DNA of 60,907 bases, filler included, from Barthelona sp. PAP020 (Eukaryota), in the NCBI GenBank assembly GCA_040182905.1. It is 7 parts of 7 records of this genome, joined end to end, with 100 filler letters (N's around TTAATTAATTAA, not from the genome) between each part and the next. Parts side by side here need not be neighbours in the genome. Positions count along the whole stretch, not along the records: positions 1 to 8,707 come from JARQWU010000447.1; positions 8,808 to 17,458 come from JARQWU010000448.1; 5 more parts are not named here. One strand, 5' to 3'. The translations under genes and the position numbers were made by a program. Below are positions 1 to 11,014 of the stretch, one piece after another; positions within the stretch are counted from its first letter, which is position 1; each line of letters starts with the position of its first letter. Under the pieces are notes generated by a model. It was not told the DNA's origin and searched no databases. It worked only from the letters and a program-made list of their open reading frames with translations.

Positions 1-1
1 T

Positions 2-3000
2 AATTTCATCAAGGTCATTATCGAGGATTTGTGATAACTGTGAAACAACATATTTTTTAAAGGTAAAAAAATTGGAAGAGAACATAGTTTTGCTTTTTCT
101 TTCAATTTTAAATTTTTCTTCAAATATTTCAATTCTGCCATCTAAATCAGCAAGTGTTGACTCAGTATCAATAATTCTTTTACATAACTTTACAAATCTC
201 CTGCTTAAAACGTCATCCATCAATTTCAACTCTTGATATAATTTTTGACCAGGATTATTCTTCTCATTGTCAATTGTTTCAACCTCTTCAACATCAACAG
301 TCTCAATATTTCCAATACTGATAAGATTGTTTCTAACTTCCACAAGTCTCAAACACACTGATTGTAAAAGTGATGCAAAATCTTGCTTAACTGCAGATAT
401 AGAGGATATATCAGCTGACAGTGTTTCATCTGCGTAATCCATCAGTTTTGCTGAAAGTCTTTGAAGGGTCAACCTTTCATCTTCAGATATATTTGTATTA
501 CTCAAATTGATAATGTTGTTCAGCAAACTCTTTGCCAATTTTGCTTTCTCTTTTTCTCTGTGTTCACATTCTAAAACAATTCTACAGAGCTTTCCAGCAA
601 TTGGTCGAACAATATTTGGTCCTGTCCCACTGACACTAAGAATTTCTCCAATTTTGACAAGCAAGCTTGGGTTCATCTGGTCAACAAGTTTAAAGATTTG
701 AGAAGGGACTCTGATGTTGGTACTACCTGAATATTTCATCTTTTTGGTGTTGGTGTTTCTCAATTTCGCTAATTTATCCTGTAATTCCTGAATAGTCTGT
801 TCTTGAACAGACACAAGTGTTTTCAATTCATTTGCATTCTTCATAAAACTGTCACGTTCTTCCTTCAAATGAGTCATACGTTGTTTTACAAATTGCTTTG
901 ACTTGTTATCCAAAGAGGGTGTTGAAGCTTTGGGTGTGGAAAGATCAGATTCTTCTTTGGAAATATTTACGGATTGAACCAAATCCTCCTTTGCCTTTAT
1001 TAAAGCTTTATTCAACAGATCATTTTCTCTTTCAAGGCTGGTAATTTTTCCTGTCAATTTTTTTAATGCTGAACTTATCTTGGTTTCTTTCAGGGCAAAA
1101 TTCTGCTCAATTTGTTCATAATCCCTTGATAACTTCTGATGACCAGCAACTAAGTTTGAATTTCGCTCAGTTAACTCTTTTATCTCTATTTTTAATTTTC
1201 TTTCTTTGGCAAAATAGTTTTGGGTTGTTTCTTCAAAACTCAATTCTTTTTCCTTCAATGATGCCACTTCTTCAATTAATTTATTCATCTTCATTTTGGT
1301 CTCTTCAGCGTTGAAGTCATTAATAACTTGTTTCAATTCTTTATTCTTTTTCTTTAATTCGAAATTTTCCTCACGCATTTGTTCAAGTTTTTCCAATGCC
1401 TCACTACTCCTTGCAAATACCTCCAACTGCTCTTTTTGATCATTTATTATCTGTTCTGCTTCTTCATACATACCTTCAAGTTGCTTTTCTACATCTTTAT
1501 GTTCATGTAATTCTTCCTTCAGTAGTCTATTTTCATTATCTAGCACTTCAGCTGTCCGTTTTAATGTTTCAACCTCTGTTTGCAGTTCGTTCACCTTTAA
1601 AAGTGTTGAATTTGTGTTCTCAAGGGCATTTTTTTCATTTTGCTTGGACAAATGCAACTCTATCTTCATTTGATTCAGGTCCTCCTCTAATTTTGGCACT
1701 TTTTCAGCTTCATTTTTAATAGATTCCAATGAACCTTGTAAAATACCCGCCTTTTCACTGCTCAAAGAAATCTGTTGAAGTGCCTCTTCAAGACGGTTTG
1801 ACAAATGATCATTTGATTTTTCAAGGCCAGAGGCTTTGCTTCTTTCCTGATTAAGATCAATATTCAACTGTTTGCAATTATCATCAAGCGTTTTGTTTTC
1901 CTCTTGCAGTCTCGAACATGTGTCATTCAAGGATGATAATTGTTCATTTAGTCGATCACGTTCCTGCTCACTATTCATCTGTAAACCCTCATATGCAATA
2001 TTTAGCTCTTCTAGTTCTTTTGTCATTCTCACAATTTCACCATTGACAGTCTCCAAAGCAAGTTTTTGGGTTTCAAATTCATTTATCAGTTTGCTGTACT
2101 CGTTCCTTTTCTTTTCGAAGTCACTCTCGACATTAATCAATCTTTCCAATTCTTGTGAGGCAATTCTTAAATTTTTATCTGTTCTATGCAATTGATTCAA
2201 CAATTCAGCAGAGTAGGACCTTGCTGCGTCTCTTTCATCCAACATTTCTTCATATTTTTGTGCTTTTTCCTCAAATAAAACGTAATGTTCATCCATTTTT
2301 TCCACTTTTTTGGTAGCTGCTGTCAATTTATCATGCAGTTCCTGAATAGTCACTGAGTCTTCAACTCTTGTTTTTTCACTTTCAACGCATCGCCATAAAA
2401 GCCCATCCACGTCATATCCAGATAAATCATTGATATTTTTCAACTGCACATGGTTATTTTTAATTTCTGCGAATTCTTCTCTCATTTGCTCAAGTTCTGT
2501 AATGGCGGATTCACCTTCAACAACTAAATCACCAAGATCTCGGTTCTCCTCATTTAACAGCTCAATTCTGTGATGTGCTTCAGAAATTTTGTTTCTCAAC
2601 AATTCCTCTGTTGTTCGTGATTGAGTAATAAATTCTGCATTCTGTTCTAAAAGCGACTCAACGCGTGCTTCCGCAGAAATTGCACGGTCCTCCACAACAT
2701 TAAACACAGATTCTATCTCGTTTAAACGTGATATTGAACTTGTTGCCTTGTTCATTGCTTTTTCAACCTCTTTATTTTTTTCAATCAGCGATTTTTCCGA
2801 CATACTTAATCTAAACTTCAATTCATCGCGTTCTTTTGTCAAAATCGTCAAACGCTTGAATAATTGATCAACTCTATTTGTTAAATTTACCAATTTCTCG
2901 TCCGACTTCTTCGTTCTAGCATCCAACTTATCATGAAACTCTTTTTCTCGCTGTTTGCTTCTGGTATTAGATGGAGAAAGTATAGTCAAAGAGTTTGGAG

Positions 3001-3355
3001 TTATTTGATCAGTTGAAAAAGCAATGATTGAATTCTGATTCGGTTCAATCGCTTCAAACTCGTCACTGTTTTCATTGGATTCATGAAACTGATATATTGG
3101 TTGTGGTGGCGTTTGAGGTTGTGGGGTTGTGTGTAATTTCGTTGCATTCACAAGCATTTTATTTTCTGTTGAAGTATCTTTTTTAACTGATAATTTTTTA
3201 CCCTCGTTATTACTTAATCTTTGGGATCCTTTTGAAGTGGAAAAAACATTGGAAGAAGTAAATAAATTTCCAAATTGTGACCAATTTAAATCTTTCGATG
3301 ATTTTAGAGCTGAATTTCGATCTTTCGTCTTGGTAGAGTCAAACACCGAAGTCAT
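2..3355 (-). CDS. Long coiled-coil protein (~1137 aa when rejoined), probably cytoskeletal; runs off the window start
   Basis: Missed by the ORF track. ATG at 3355 (MTSVFDSTKTKDRNSALK...). The frame was open wherever I read it, down to position 2; E/K/L/N heptad-rich. Its C-terminus lies at 52125-52284 via a 99-bp overlap. Confidence 0.9.
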   Translation of the reverse strand, partial: MTSVFDSTKTKDRNSALKSSKDLNWSQFGNLFTSSNVFSTSKGSQRLSNNEGKKLSVKKDTSTENKMLVNATKLHTTPQPQTPPQPIYQFHESNENSDEFEAIEPNQNSIIAFSTDQITPNSLTILSPSNTRSKQREKEFHDKLDARTKKSDEKLVNLTNRVDQLFKRLTILTKERDELKFRLSMSEKSLIEKNKEVEKAMNKATSSISRLNEIESVFNVVEDRAISAEARVESLLEQNAEFITQSRTTEELLRNKISEAHHRIELLNEENRDLGDLVVEGESAITELEQMREEFAEIKNNHVQLKNINDLSGYDVDGLLWRCVESEKTRVEDSVTIQELHDKLTAATKKVEKMDEHYVLFEEKAQKYEEMLDERDAARSYSAELLNQLHRTDKNLRIASQELERLINVESDFEKKRNEYSKLINEFETQKLALETVNGEIVRMTKELEELNIAYEGLQMNSEQERDRLNEQLSSLNDTCSRLQEENKTLDDNCKQLNIDLNQERSKASGLEKSNDHLSNRLEEALQQISLSSEKAGILQGSLESIKNEAEKVPKLEEDLNQMKIELHLSKQNEKNALENTNSTLLKVNELQTEVETLKRTAEVLDNENRLLKEELHEHKDVEKQLEGMYEEAEQIINDQKEQLEVFARSSEALEKLEQMREENFELKKKNKELKQVINDFNAEETKMKMNKLIEEVASLKEKELSFEETTQNYFAKERKLKIEIKELTERNSNLVAGHQKLSRDYEQIEQNFALKETKISSALKKLTGKITSLERENDLLNKALIKAKEDLVQSVNISKEESDLSTPKASTPSLDNKSKQFVKQRMTHLKEERDSFMKNANELKTLVSVQEQTIQELQDKLAKLRNTNTKKMKYSGSTNIRVPSQIFKLVDQMNPSLLVKIGEILSVSGTGPNIVRPIAGKLCRIVLECEHREKEKAKLAKSLLNNIINLSNTNISEDERLTLQRLSAKLMDYADETLSADISSISAVKQDFASLLQSVCLRLVEVRNNLISIGNIETVDVEEVETIDNEKNNPGQKLYQELKLMDDVLSRRFVKLCKRIIDTESTLADLDGRIEIFEEKFKIERKSKTMFSSNFFTFKKYVVSQLSQILDNDLDEI

Positions 3356-3545
3356 AGAATTTTAAGTTGGTCTTTCAAACCGCAAAAATTTTTAATAAAG
3401 ATTTTTATTCAAATTAACCAATTTGTGTTTTCCTCTCCAATCGAAGAGAAAAAATCAACAATTTTGTTCCATTTGCCAATATAAAAAATGATTCTTATTT
3501 GATTTTTCAAACCCTTTTTTTTTTTGAAAACGTGTTTATTGTACA

Positions 3546-6500
3546 ATGATTATTCGATTCAGACTACAAGGGTTGACTAAATCTTGGCCAAAAACACTTA
3601 TATTGGTTTCTATTGACCCAGATGCTTTGATAGTCGATGAATTATCTAAAATTTCCAATAAGACACATATTCCTGTTGAAGATTTTGATCATTTCAATAT
3701 TTATGTGTTCGAAAACCGCAAAATTGGAGCCAAATTTTCAAGTGACGATTCCTTGAATTCTATGGGTATTGTTAAAGCTACGAATCTCTTAATTCAAGAA
3801 TGTGACCCAGGTAAGGGTATTTTAAGGAAACATGAAGAAGCGAGCAATGAAAGCAAGGTTGTTCAACAGATATTATTCAGTAATCCATTACCTTCATCTA
3901 CATTTGTTCAACCTGTGGAAATGATGGATGAAGATCATTCTGATACAAATAGTGATGCTGTTAAGGATACCATTGGTACTGCAAAGGATGCTGTATCTGT
4001 TGAAACTTCCCAAGATCTTGAGCAATTCATCAAAACCACTCAAGAAGTATTAATCGACACAACTGAAGATACCAAAATTAAGCCTGGAGAAAAGGAACTT
4101 GCTATTGGAGATGAAACATCTTTCAAGATCAAGTTTACTACTGAATACGATGATTTTGAGCCTGAAGAAGCATTCTCCCCTTTACAATATGACCGAAATG
4201 AAATATTAAAAGATTTTGAAAGACAACTGTTGATCAAAGAAGGTGCTGGAGAAGTTCGTGCTCTTTTAGTTGTAAAAGCAGAAGTTGCTATCGCTTCTAA
4301 ACAAAAACGTGAGGAGAAATATATTGCTATTGTGCGTGATTATACTGGTTCTTATTGTGTTCTTCTTTTTACAACAATGGGTTGGCGTGGAAATAAGTAC
4401 AATGCCGTTGGGTCATATCCTATTTCTGAAAAGATATCTATTCAACAAGAAGCCAATCGTAAATCCAACTTTGATTCCTTTATATTGGCTTTAGATGATG
4501 ATTTTCTTACAATTGAATGTTCTACTGCTATTAGAAAGCAACTTACATATGGTTTGTATTTTGCATTTAATGCTATGTATCATCAACGCACTGAAATGGA
4601 GCGTTGGAAATTCAGATTATTGTCGTTACAATTGGCTACTAGATTACATCGTACTGTTACTGTCAGTGATGCAACTCAACTTGAAGGAATTCTTGCACAA
4701 TTGAACACACCCAAACTCAAAGATATCTTTAGAATTGAGTTGTACAGTGATTTACGCAAGTATTTTTACTCAGCTGAAGGAAGAGATTATTTTGTACATG
4801 AATCTATCATAAAATTGAGTGATACCGAGCTTGAATTAGGAATGAAAGATACGTATTTGCATATTCTGGAATTATTTTTGAGATTACCTACCTTTGACGG
4901 GCTTTTACCAGATACTAAGTTCAATTATGATCAACTTTTTGCCCTAAGAACCAGACTTTTAACAGCACTAGAAATTGTTATCACCCAGGCACGTTCGGAG
5001 TCTGCCTCAGATATATACAAAGAATGTGTTGGAATGAAGAATGATATTCAAAGGTTGTTTTTGGTTTTTGATACTTGGTCTGATTCTATTAGTTCGGTTG
5101 AATTCCCTGATGTCTTCAATTTAGGTATTGACACATTTGTTCCTGAAAGAAAGTTTGGAAAAATGTTACCTACAGCAGTGCTTCAGCTTCATTTGGTATG
5201 GCTTGCTGATAATGATGAAATTTTGACTGTAAAAGGTGAGAATTTACCTTCTGCTCTTGTACTTAACAATTGGTTGGATGAAGGAGAAATGAAATGTGCT
5301 TTGGATTCCTTATCAAGATTCAAAAACGAAGAATTCCTCAGATATAATGTTAATCTCAACAAAGAAACTGATAAATTTATGACTGGCTTTGCAGCTGCAT
5401 ACAAAGAATTGAAAGAATTGTGTGGTATTGGAAAAGAAGACATTTTAGGTCTTGTTTATGATCGTGAGATTAACTTTAAGCGCAACAGTTCTCAAAATCT
5501 TTTTGTTGTCAAGAAAATTCCAAAAGCTATTCCTTTCGCTGATACATCGCTTGTTTGGCAAAAATTCACTAAATTTGAGCATTATTTCTATCAAAAGTAT
5601 ATGAACTTACCATATACCACCCGTTTGGACACGCTTTCGTCGTTTAGCGATGGTCCTAGATTTCTCAAAGGAATGGTTGACTACTTCAGCGTTCATCCAC
5701 GTAATTTACCATTGGATCCTGGTCTTTATTTGGGTGTCTTACACTTTCATTCATCATTTGAAGATCTTTCAATTTTGGTTCCTGAAAACCGCAGATATTT
5801 GCCACCTATTAGACATCTTTCAGAAGTAACTGATGAGTGTGTGTATTGGATCCAATCCCTCAGATTCCGTAAGCGCAAACATTTTAAGCCTCTTCCTGCT
5901 GATGATCCAATGTACAAATTTCAGATCCGTTTTGAAACTGCATATAAAGAATTAGCTCAGGAAATGGGTGTCAATTCTTTGGGATTATTGTATGATCATG
6001 AATCCATTTGTTTGAACGAAAATATCCAATCTTGGGGTATGTTCTTTGTTCAAAATGTTTCTAGCAGTGTTCCACCACCTGGTTTTACATATGTACCTGT
6101 TACTCAATTTTCAAATCATTTCTTCAGTTCTTGTTTCCCTTCTTTGGCTGAAATTTGGTTCTCAAAGATGTTTGATCTGCAAACAAAGGAAGCTTTGTTA
6201 CGTCAGCAATACATTCGTGCAGGAAGTAGTTTTTCTGATACTGACAATGAAATGTTCCTTGCAAAATTAAAAAAGGTTTGTGCTGATTTGTATGATGCAG
6301 GGATATACCTTGAATCTCTTCAGTTCTGGAACCGAATTATTTTCTGGTTCACTGGTGACAGATGCTCTTTGTTAGACCCTAAATATCAACATGGTCATTC
6401 AATTGTCGATTATGTTGATTCTCGTGATCAAGATTCGTTACCGCTTAATGAAATTCTTGAAAGAGCTGCTTATATCAATCAAAAAAATCTTGGTTACTAT

Positions 6501-8707
6501 TTACACGCCAATAATATTTTGTTGACAACAAAACTGACTAGTGATCCTACGCGACCCGATTTTGAAGGAATTGCATCTCAAATTCAGAGTTTGCGTGCTC
6601 GTTATCGTGAAGAAACACCTTCATCAGAGTATGAAAACAGACATAGTGAAAAAATTACCACCATATTTGAGAAGAAAGGAGAGTATGTTCCTCATTTGAA
6701 GCCATTGGAGGTAATTGACAATGAATTACCTGATATTGAGACATTTGATATTTCATTTTCTCTTGAACAATTGCTTGATTTTGTGGAGTTTGATGTGTCT
6801 CCACACGATTTTTGTGCTTGTATTGTTGAGGAAATTGTTGAAACTGCCCTTGTTGATGCTGTTGATGTTGTTAATTTAATGCAAGTTGAAGAAACTATCA
6901 GAGACATGATTAGCATGGTTGAAATAATGGACAACTTGACAGAAGACACAGGTGATCTAGTAGCTGTACACATATCTAGAGATAATTTAAAACGAGAAAA
7001 GGCCATGTTTGTCAAAAAGCTCGAATCGTTGTATAAAGATCCTGCTATTGACATGAATGCTGATTTGGATGAAGAGTTCATTGGAAAGGCAGGTAATGAA
7101 CTTGAAAGATCTTTCCAACAACTATTGAACACACCCTATTCAAAATCTATTAATGTTGTTTCAAATAAGTTTTACAACATGGTAAGTGTTGCCGATAGCT
7201 TTTTAAGTCTTCTTGATTCGTTGCATGATTTGGAAGAAATTGTTGAGATGGTAGAAGACATTAAGGACGAGGCACGCACTAAAGTCAGCAAATCACACAC
7301 TATTAAGGCAAAGGTTGATTCCAGACCAACAACACCCAAATCTGATACACTGACTAAGACTTTCAAAACTGCTGTAAATACTCCTTCAAGAAATACCAAG
7401 CCTTTAACACCAACAAAGAAAACAAATCGAAATGTTAAACCAAAGAAGAAAGTAGTAGACTACTCAAAGATGCGTATTGACAAGAAAAAAGCTGAATCTC
7501 CAAGTCACATGCATGTTCCATTAGAATCACTATTTGCAGAATGCATGATGAAGCGAGTTGAAGGATCACCCATGAAGAAATCCGCCAAACACATGGACAA
7601 GGAAATTCCTTCAGAATCAAGTTCAAAAGTTATTAAAGTGGATAGAAAATCTCCTCCTCCTGGTGTCAATGTTAAGTATTCCAATACAGGTGTTCCTATT
7701 TGTTCGTCTCTTCAAAAAGATCTGAAAGCTATTCGAAAATTCCATTCATATTATCGTACATCTCAAAATGGAACAGATTCAACATCAATGACCCCTCCCA
7801 GATCAACACTTGTTGATCTTGATTTTGAACCCATTATTCCCACATCATTTACTAAGTCTCAACCTTTGCTTGCAATTAGTGCAAATCACGTGTTGATCAG
7901 GAGCAGTGATACCCCTTATGAACTTGCAATTGAAGATATTTCTAACCATTGCAATGTTGAACCATCTTCAGTAGTTGATTTGACGAGGTTGCGCAGTTCT
8001 ACTGTTGAATCTGTTGTGATGTGGTTATTGGATCCTTCTTTGCTCACATTTGAGGCTGTTGAAAAATTTGATGAAGAAATTGTAGATCTTTTGATTGCTG
8101 CTGAGGCTCTTCAATTCCCACTTTTGTGGGTTTATTCAATGAACATTTTCTATTTGACTGATTCGATTTCCACTGCACTTGGCTTAATTAGGGACTCTTT
8201 CATATTTACTTTGCAAATTCCAACTCTTATTCAACTTGAAGGTATCACTCAATTACCTATTTTTGACCTTATTTGGTGTGTGTTGACCGCTCATTTACTT
8301 GATTGGACTGATGAATATCGTGATATGATGTATTCTAACCATATAGGAAACTGGGCATACAAATATGCACAAAACCGAGTTCAAGAGTTTATCAAGAATG
8401 GAACTAAAGATATTGAAGAGGAAATTCTGGATGAAGAACTTGAATTGTGGGTTGGTGATGTTCCGTTGGGTGAAAGAGTTCTCATTTTCAATGTTGATGG
8501 GTCAAATAAATTTACTGATGAATGTTTGAGCATTATTTTATTGGCTTGTCCCAATCTTATTGAATTGAGTGTGGCAAATACTCCACTTACTGATGAAACC
8601 GCCATTCAATTGGCCAGCATCGAGGATAATCAGCTTCAGAAATTAAATATCAAAGGAACAAGATTGACAAGAGATGGTGTTGAAATCATTTATTCTGCTA
8701 TTCCAGG
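3546..8707 (+). CDS. Multidomain protein: ubiquitin-like/FERM-F0-like, PH-like, ANKFN1-type two-lobed core, BTB/SKP1-like, C-terminal LRRs; truncated by contig end
   Basis: 1700+ codon ORF. LDPGLYLGVLHFHSSFEDLSILV resembles the ANKFN1 core; IVDLLIAAEALQFPLL is BTB/SKP1-like; FTDECLSIILLACPNLIELSVANTPLTD is LRR-like. Last residues at 26062-26187 (-). Confidence 0.8.
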
Positions 8708-8807
8708 NNNNNNNNNNNNNNNNNNNNNNNNNNNNNNNNNNNNNNNNNNNNTTAATTAATTAANNNNNNNNNNNNNNNNNNNNNNNNNNNNNNNNNNNNN
8801 NNNNNNN
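8708..8807. other. Artificial contig linker
   Basis: 44 N + TTAATTAATTAA (stops in all frames) + 44 N. Confidence 0.99.
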
Positions 8808-8808
8808 A

Positions 8809-9006
8809 ATGGTATGTTTAACAACACCTACTAAATTAACAATATGTGCCATTACAGATGTTATAACCCAAGGTATTGAAGATTTATTGGATGAAATTTA
8901 TTTTTTGTATTGTAATTATGCCTTGAAGAATCCTTTTCAAAGACAAGATATGCCCATTAAATCAGAGTTATTTGAACAAAAATTGAAAGATTTGATTTTC
9001 AAGTAG
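8809..9006 (+). CDS. TRAPPC4: TRAPP complex subunit Trs23/TRAPPC4 (sybindin family), C-terminal fragment, 5' partial
   Basis: LLDEIYFLYCNYALKNPFQRQDMPIKSELFEQKL matches the Trs23 motif IYxxYxDYxLKNPFYxxEMPIRxELF; begins at contig edge. Confidence 0.8.
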   Translation: MVCLTTPTKLTICAITDVITQGIEDLLDEIYFLYCNYALKNPFQRQDMPIKSELFEQKLKDLIFK

Positions 9007-9050
9007 GCTGATAAACCGAATTTTTGTGGTTCTTTTTTTTTTTTGTGTCA

Positions 9051-10256
9051 ATGGAAAATAAGGGAATAATAATCAAAGAAACGATTTTAAAAGACTTTTT
9101 GATGAAAATCAATGAGACCAATGTCAAGACTGTCGAATTTTTATTGACCGATTCGATGATTGATTGTAAATTTTCACCTACTGATGATTATTTCGCTATT
9201 GCAGATCTCAGTGGACAAGTTTTGATATTTGATACAGAAAATGGTAGTCTCATTCAAACTCTGAAAGATCATTCAGAACCAATTCTTGGATTAGCATTTT
9301 CCCGTGATAATAAATACTTTGCAACATGCTCTCATGATAAAACAGCAAATGTTTATAGACTTAATGAAGAATTTTTGTTGTTGCACACATTACACAACAA
9401 TTTTGATGTTACTTCCATTTGTTTTTCAATTGACTCGAACTATTTGTTTACTGGAGATTCCAAGGGTTTTGTGAAAAAATGGAATGTTATTGAGGAAAGG
9501 GTTGTGAAAAACGCTCAAGTTCATTCGGACAACATTTATAAATTGAGAAATGCATGGAATGATAAATTTCTTTTGAGTGGTTCTGATGATAATTATGGAA
9601 AGCTGATAGATTCTGAAGGATTGTCAGTGATTTCAACTTTTGAACATGAGAGTTGTGTTCGAGCCATCGCATTTCATCCGAGCAATGAAATTGTTGCCAC
9701 AGGTGAATTCGGGAATACCATAAAAATTTGGAACTTGGATGAAACTAACATTTCTACTTTGCATTTAAATGGTGCTGTTTTTGCACTTGAATATGCTTCA
9801 TCATCTATTTTAATTAGCATGTCTGGTGATAGATATCTCACATTATTTAGCACTGCTGAGTATCAAGAAATTCAAAAGGTTTTTTGTAATTGTGAAAACA
9901 CGTGGTTTTCTTTTGCTTTATCTGTGAATAAGCACCAATTGGTCTGTGGAAAATGTGAAAATGATTCTTTCAAAATTTATAAGTTTGGAACAAATTATTC
10001 CAATGATGAAATTCGTGAATTGATAGTTTTATCTGAAGGAACAGGAAATGTTTTGAATTGTATGATTCATTATAATTGTGAAGCTTCAACAATAAGAGAA
10101 ATTATTACCAATGGTGTTTTCATGAACAGAGAAGAGTTCTCTTTTATTGTAGATTTGTGTTGGGATTTATCTGATATCAACAAAAAAAATGGGGGAAATA
10201 TGTATCAGTTTTTGGATTTAGATGATGATAAGCACAATGATAGTGATTTTGACTAG
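9051..10256 (+). CDS. WD40-repeat beta-propeller protein with unrecognised helical C-terminal domain
   Basis: Repeats such as LKDHSEPILGLAFSRDNKYFATCSHDKTANVY and FEHESCVRAIAFHPSNEIVATGEFGNTIKIWN; first ATG at 9051. Confidence 0.9.
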   Translation: MENKGIIIKETILKDFLMKINETNVKTVEFLLTDSMIDCKFSPTDDYFAIADLSGQVLIFDTENGSLIQTLKDHSEPILGLAFSRDNKYFATCSHDKTANVYRLNEEFLLLHTLHNNFDVTSICFSIDSNYLFTGDSKGFVKKWNVIEERVVKNAQVHSDNIYKLRNAWNDKFLLSGSDDNYGKLIDSEGLSVISTFEHESCVRAIAFHPSNEIVATGEFGNTIKIWNLDETNISTLHLNGAVFALEYASSSILISMSGDRYLTLFSTAEYQEIQKVFCNCENTWFSFALSVNKHQLVCGKCENDSFKIYKFGTNYSNDEIRELIVLSEGTGNVLNCMIHYNCEASTIREIITNGVFMNREEFSFIVDLCWDLSDINKKNGGNMYQFLDLDDDKHNDSDFD

Positions 10257-10527
10257 ATTTTTTTTTTAATTTTATAAAGAAATTGGTTGATGTTTTAATT
10301 TTTGTTTAATCTTTCCTTAATTTTATTAATTTAAACACCTATATGAATTGAAAGTATAGAAAGAATAATTTTTTTGGCTTAATATCACGAATCAACCAAA
10401 ATTTTCAGTAAAATTTCACAAATGAGAGTTTTAAAATCTATTATTCCCCAAAAAACATTTAAAAGAGCATTCATTCACAATATATGACCAAAAACAATTA
10501 TTGTTTTAATTATTTGCAACACTCACA

Positions 10528-10980
10528 ATGTCTGTTGATATAGAGACGAATTATGGAACATTAGGGATTAAATTATACATTGAACGATATCCAAAAGCTT
10601 GTGAAAATTTTTTAGCTTTATGTGCTTCTGGTTCTTATGATAACAGCATATTTCATCGAAATATTCCTAATTTTATAATACAAGGAGGAAGAACATCAAA
10701 TAATGAAGCCTTGATCAACTTTGAGGATGAATTTTTGAATTGTGGAAATGAAACTTTTTCTAGTGTTGGTAAAGTGGCTTTTGCACATCATGGAAGTCAA
10801 TTTTTTATAACTTATGCACAAAGAAATGATTTAAATAAAAGATATCCAATGATAGGCTATTTATATAAAGATTTAAATACATTAGAAAGATTAATGAAAT
10901 GTAAAACGGATTCAAAAAGAAAACCTTTAAAAGATATAATAATACAAAGGTGTAAAATAACAGAGAACCCATTTGCATGA
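10528..10980 (+). CDS. PPIL3: Cyclophilin-type peptidyl-prolyl isomerase, PPIL3-like (divergent)
   Basis: PKACENFLALCAS, FHRNIPNFIIQGG, GSQFFITY and terminal NPFA are characteristic of PPIL3. Confidence 0.85.
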   Translation: MSVDIETNYGTLGIKLYIERYPKACENFLALCASGSYDNSIFHRNIPNFIIQGGRTSNNEALINFEDEFLNCGNETFSSVGKVAFAHHGSQFFITYAQRNDLNKRYPMIGYLYKDLNTLERLMKCKTDSKRKPLKDIIIQRCKITENPFA

Positions 10981-11014
10981 AAATTGGAGAATATCACATG
11001 GTATATTTCAAATT

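Noticed and set aside
507..3365. Short plus-strand ORFs in the track, and similar F/S/L-rich ORFs opposite other genes
   Set aside because: Antisense shadows of E/K-rich coding sequence on the other strand
8752..8763. TTAATTAATTAA palindrome recurring about every 8.7 kb
   Set aside because: Always embedded in 44+44 N; an artificial linker, not a biological periodicity
9024..9050. TTG/GTG starts and F-rich N-terminal extensions in the ORF track (also 16847, 22697, 30299; ATG-started extension at 41094)
   Set aside because: Eukaryotic genes; the extensions translate upstream T-tracts, and a downstream ATG coincides with the start of homology
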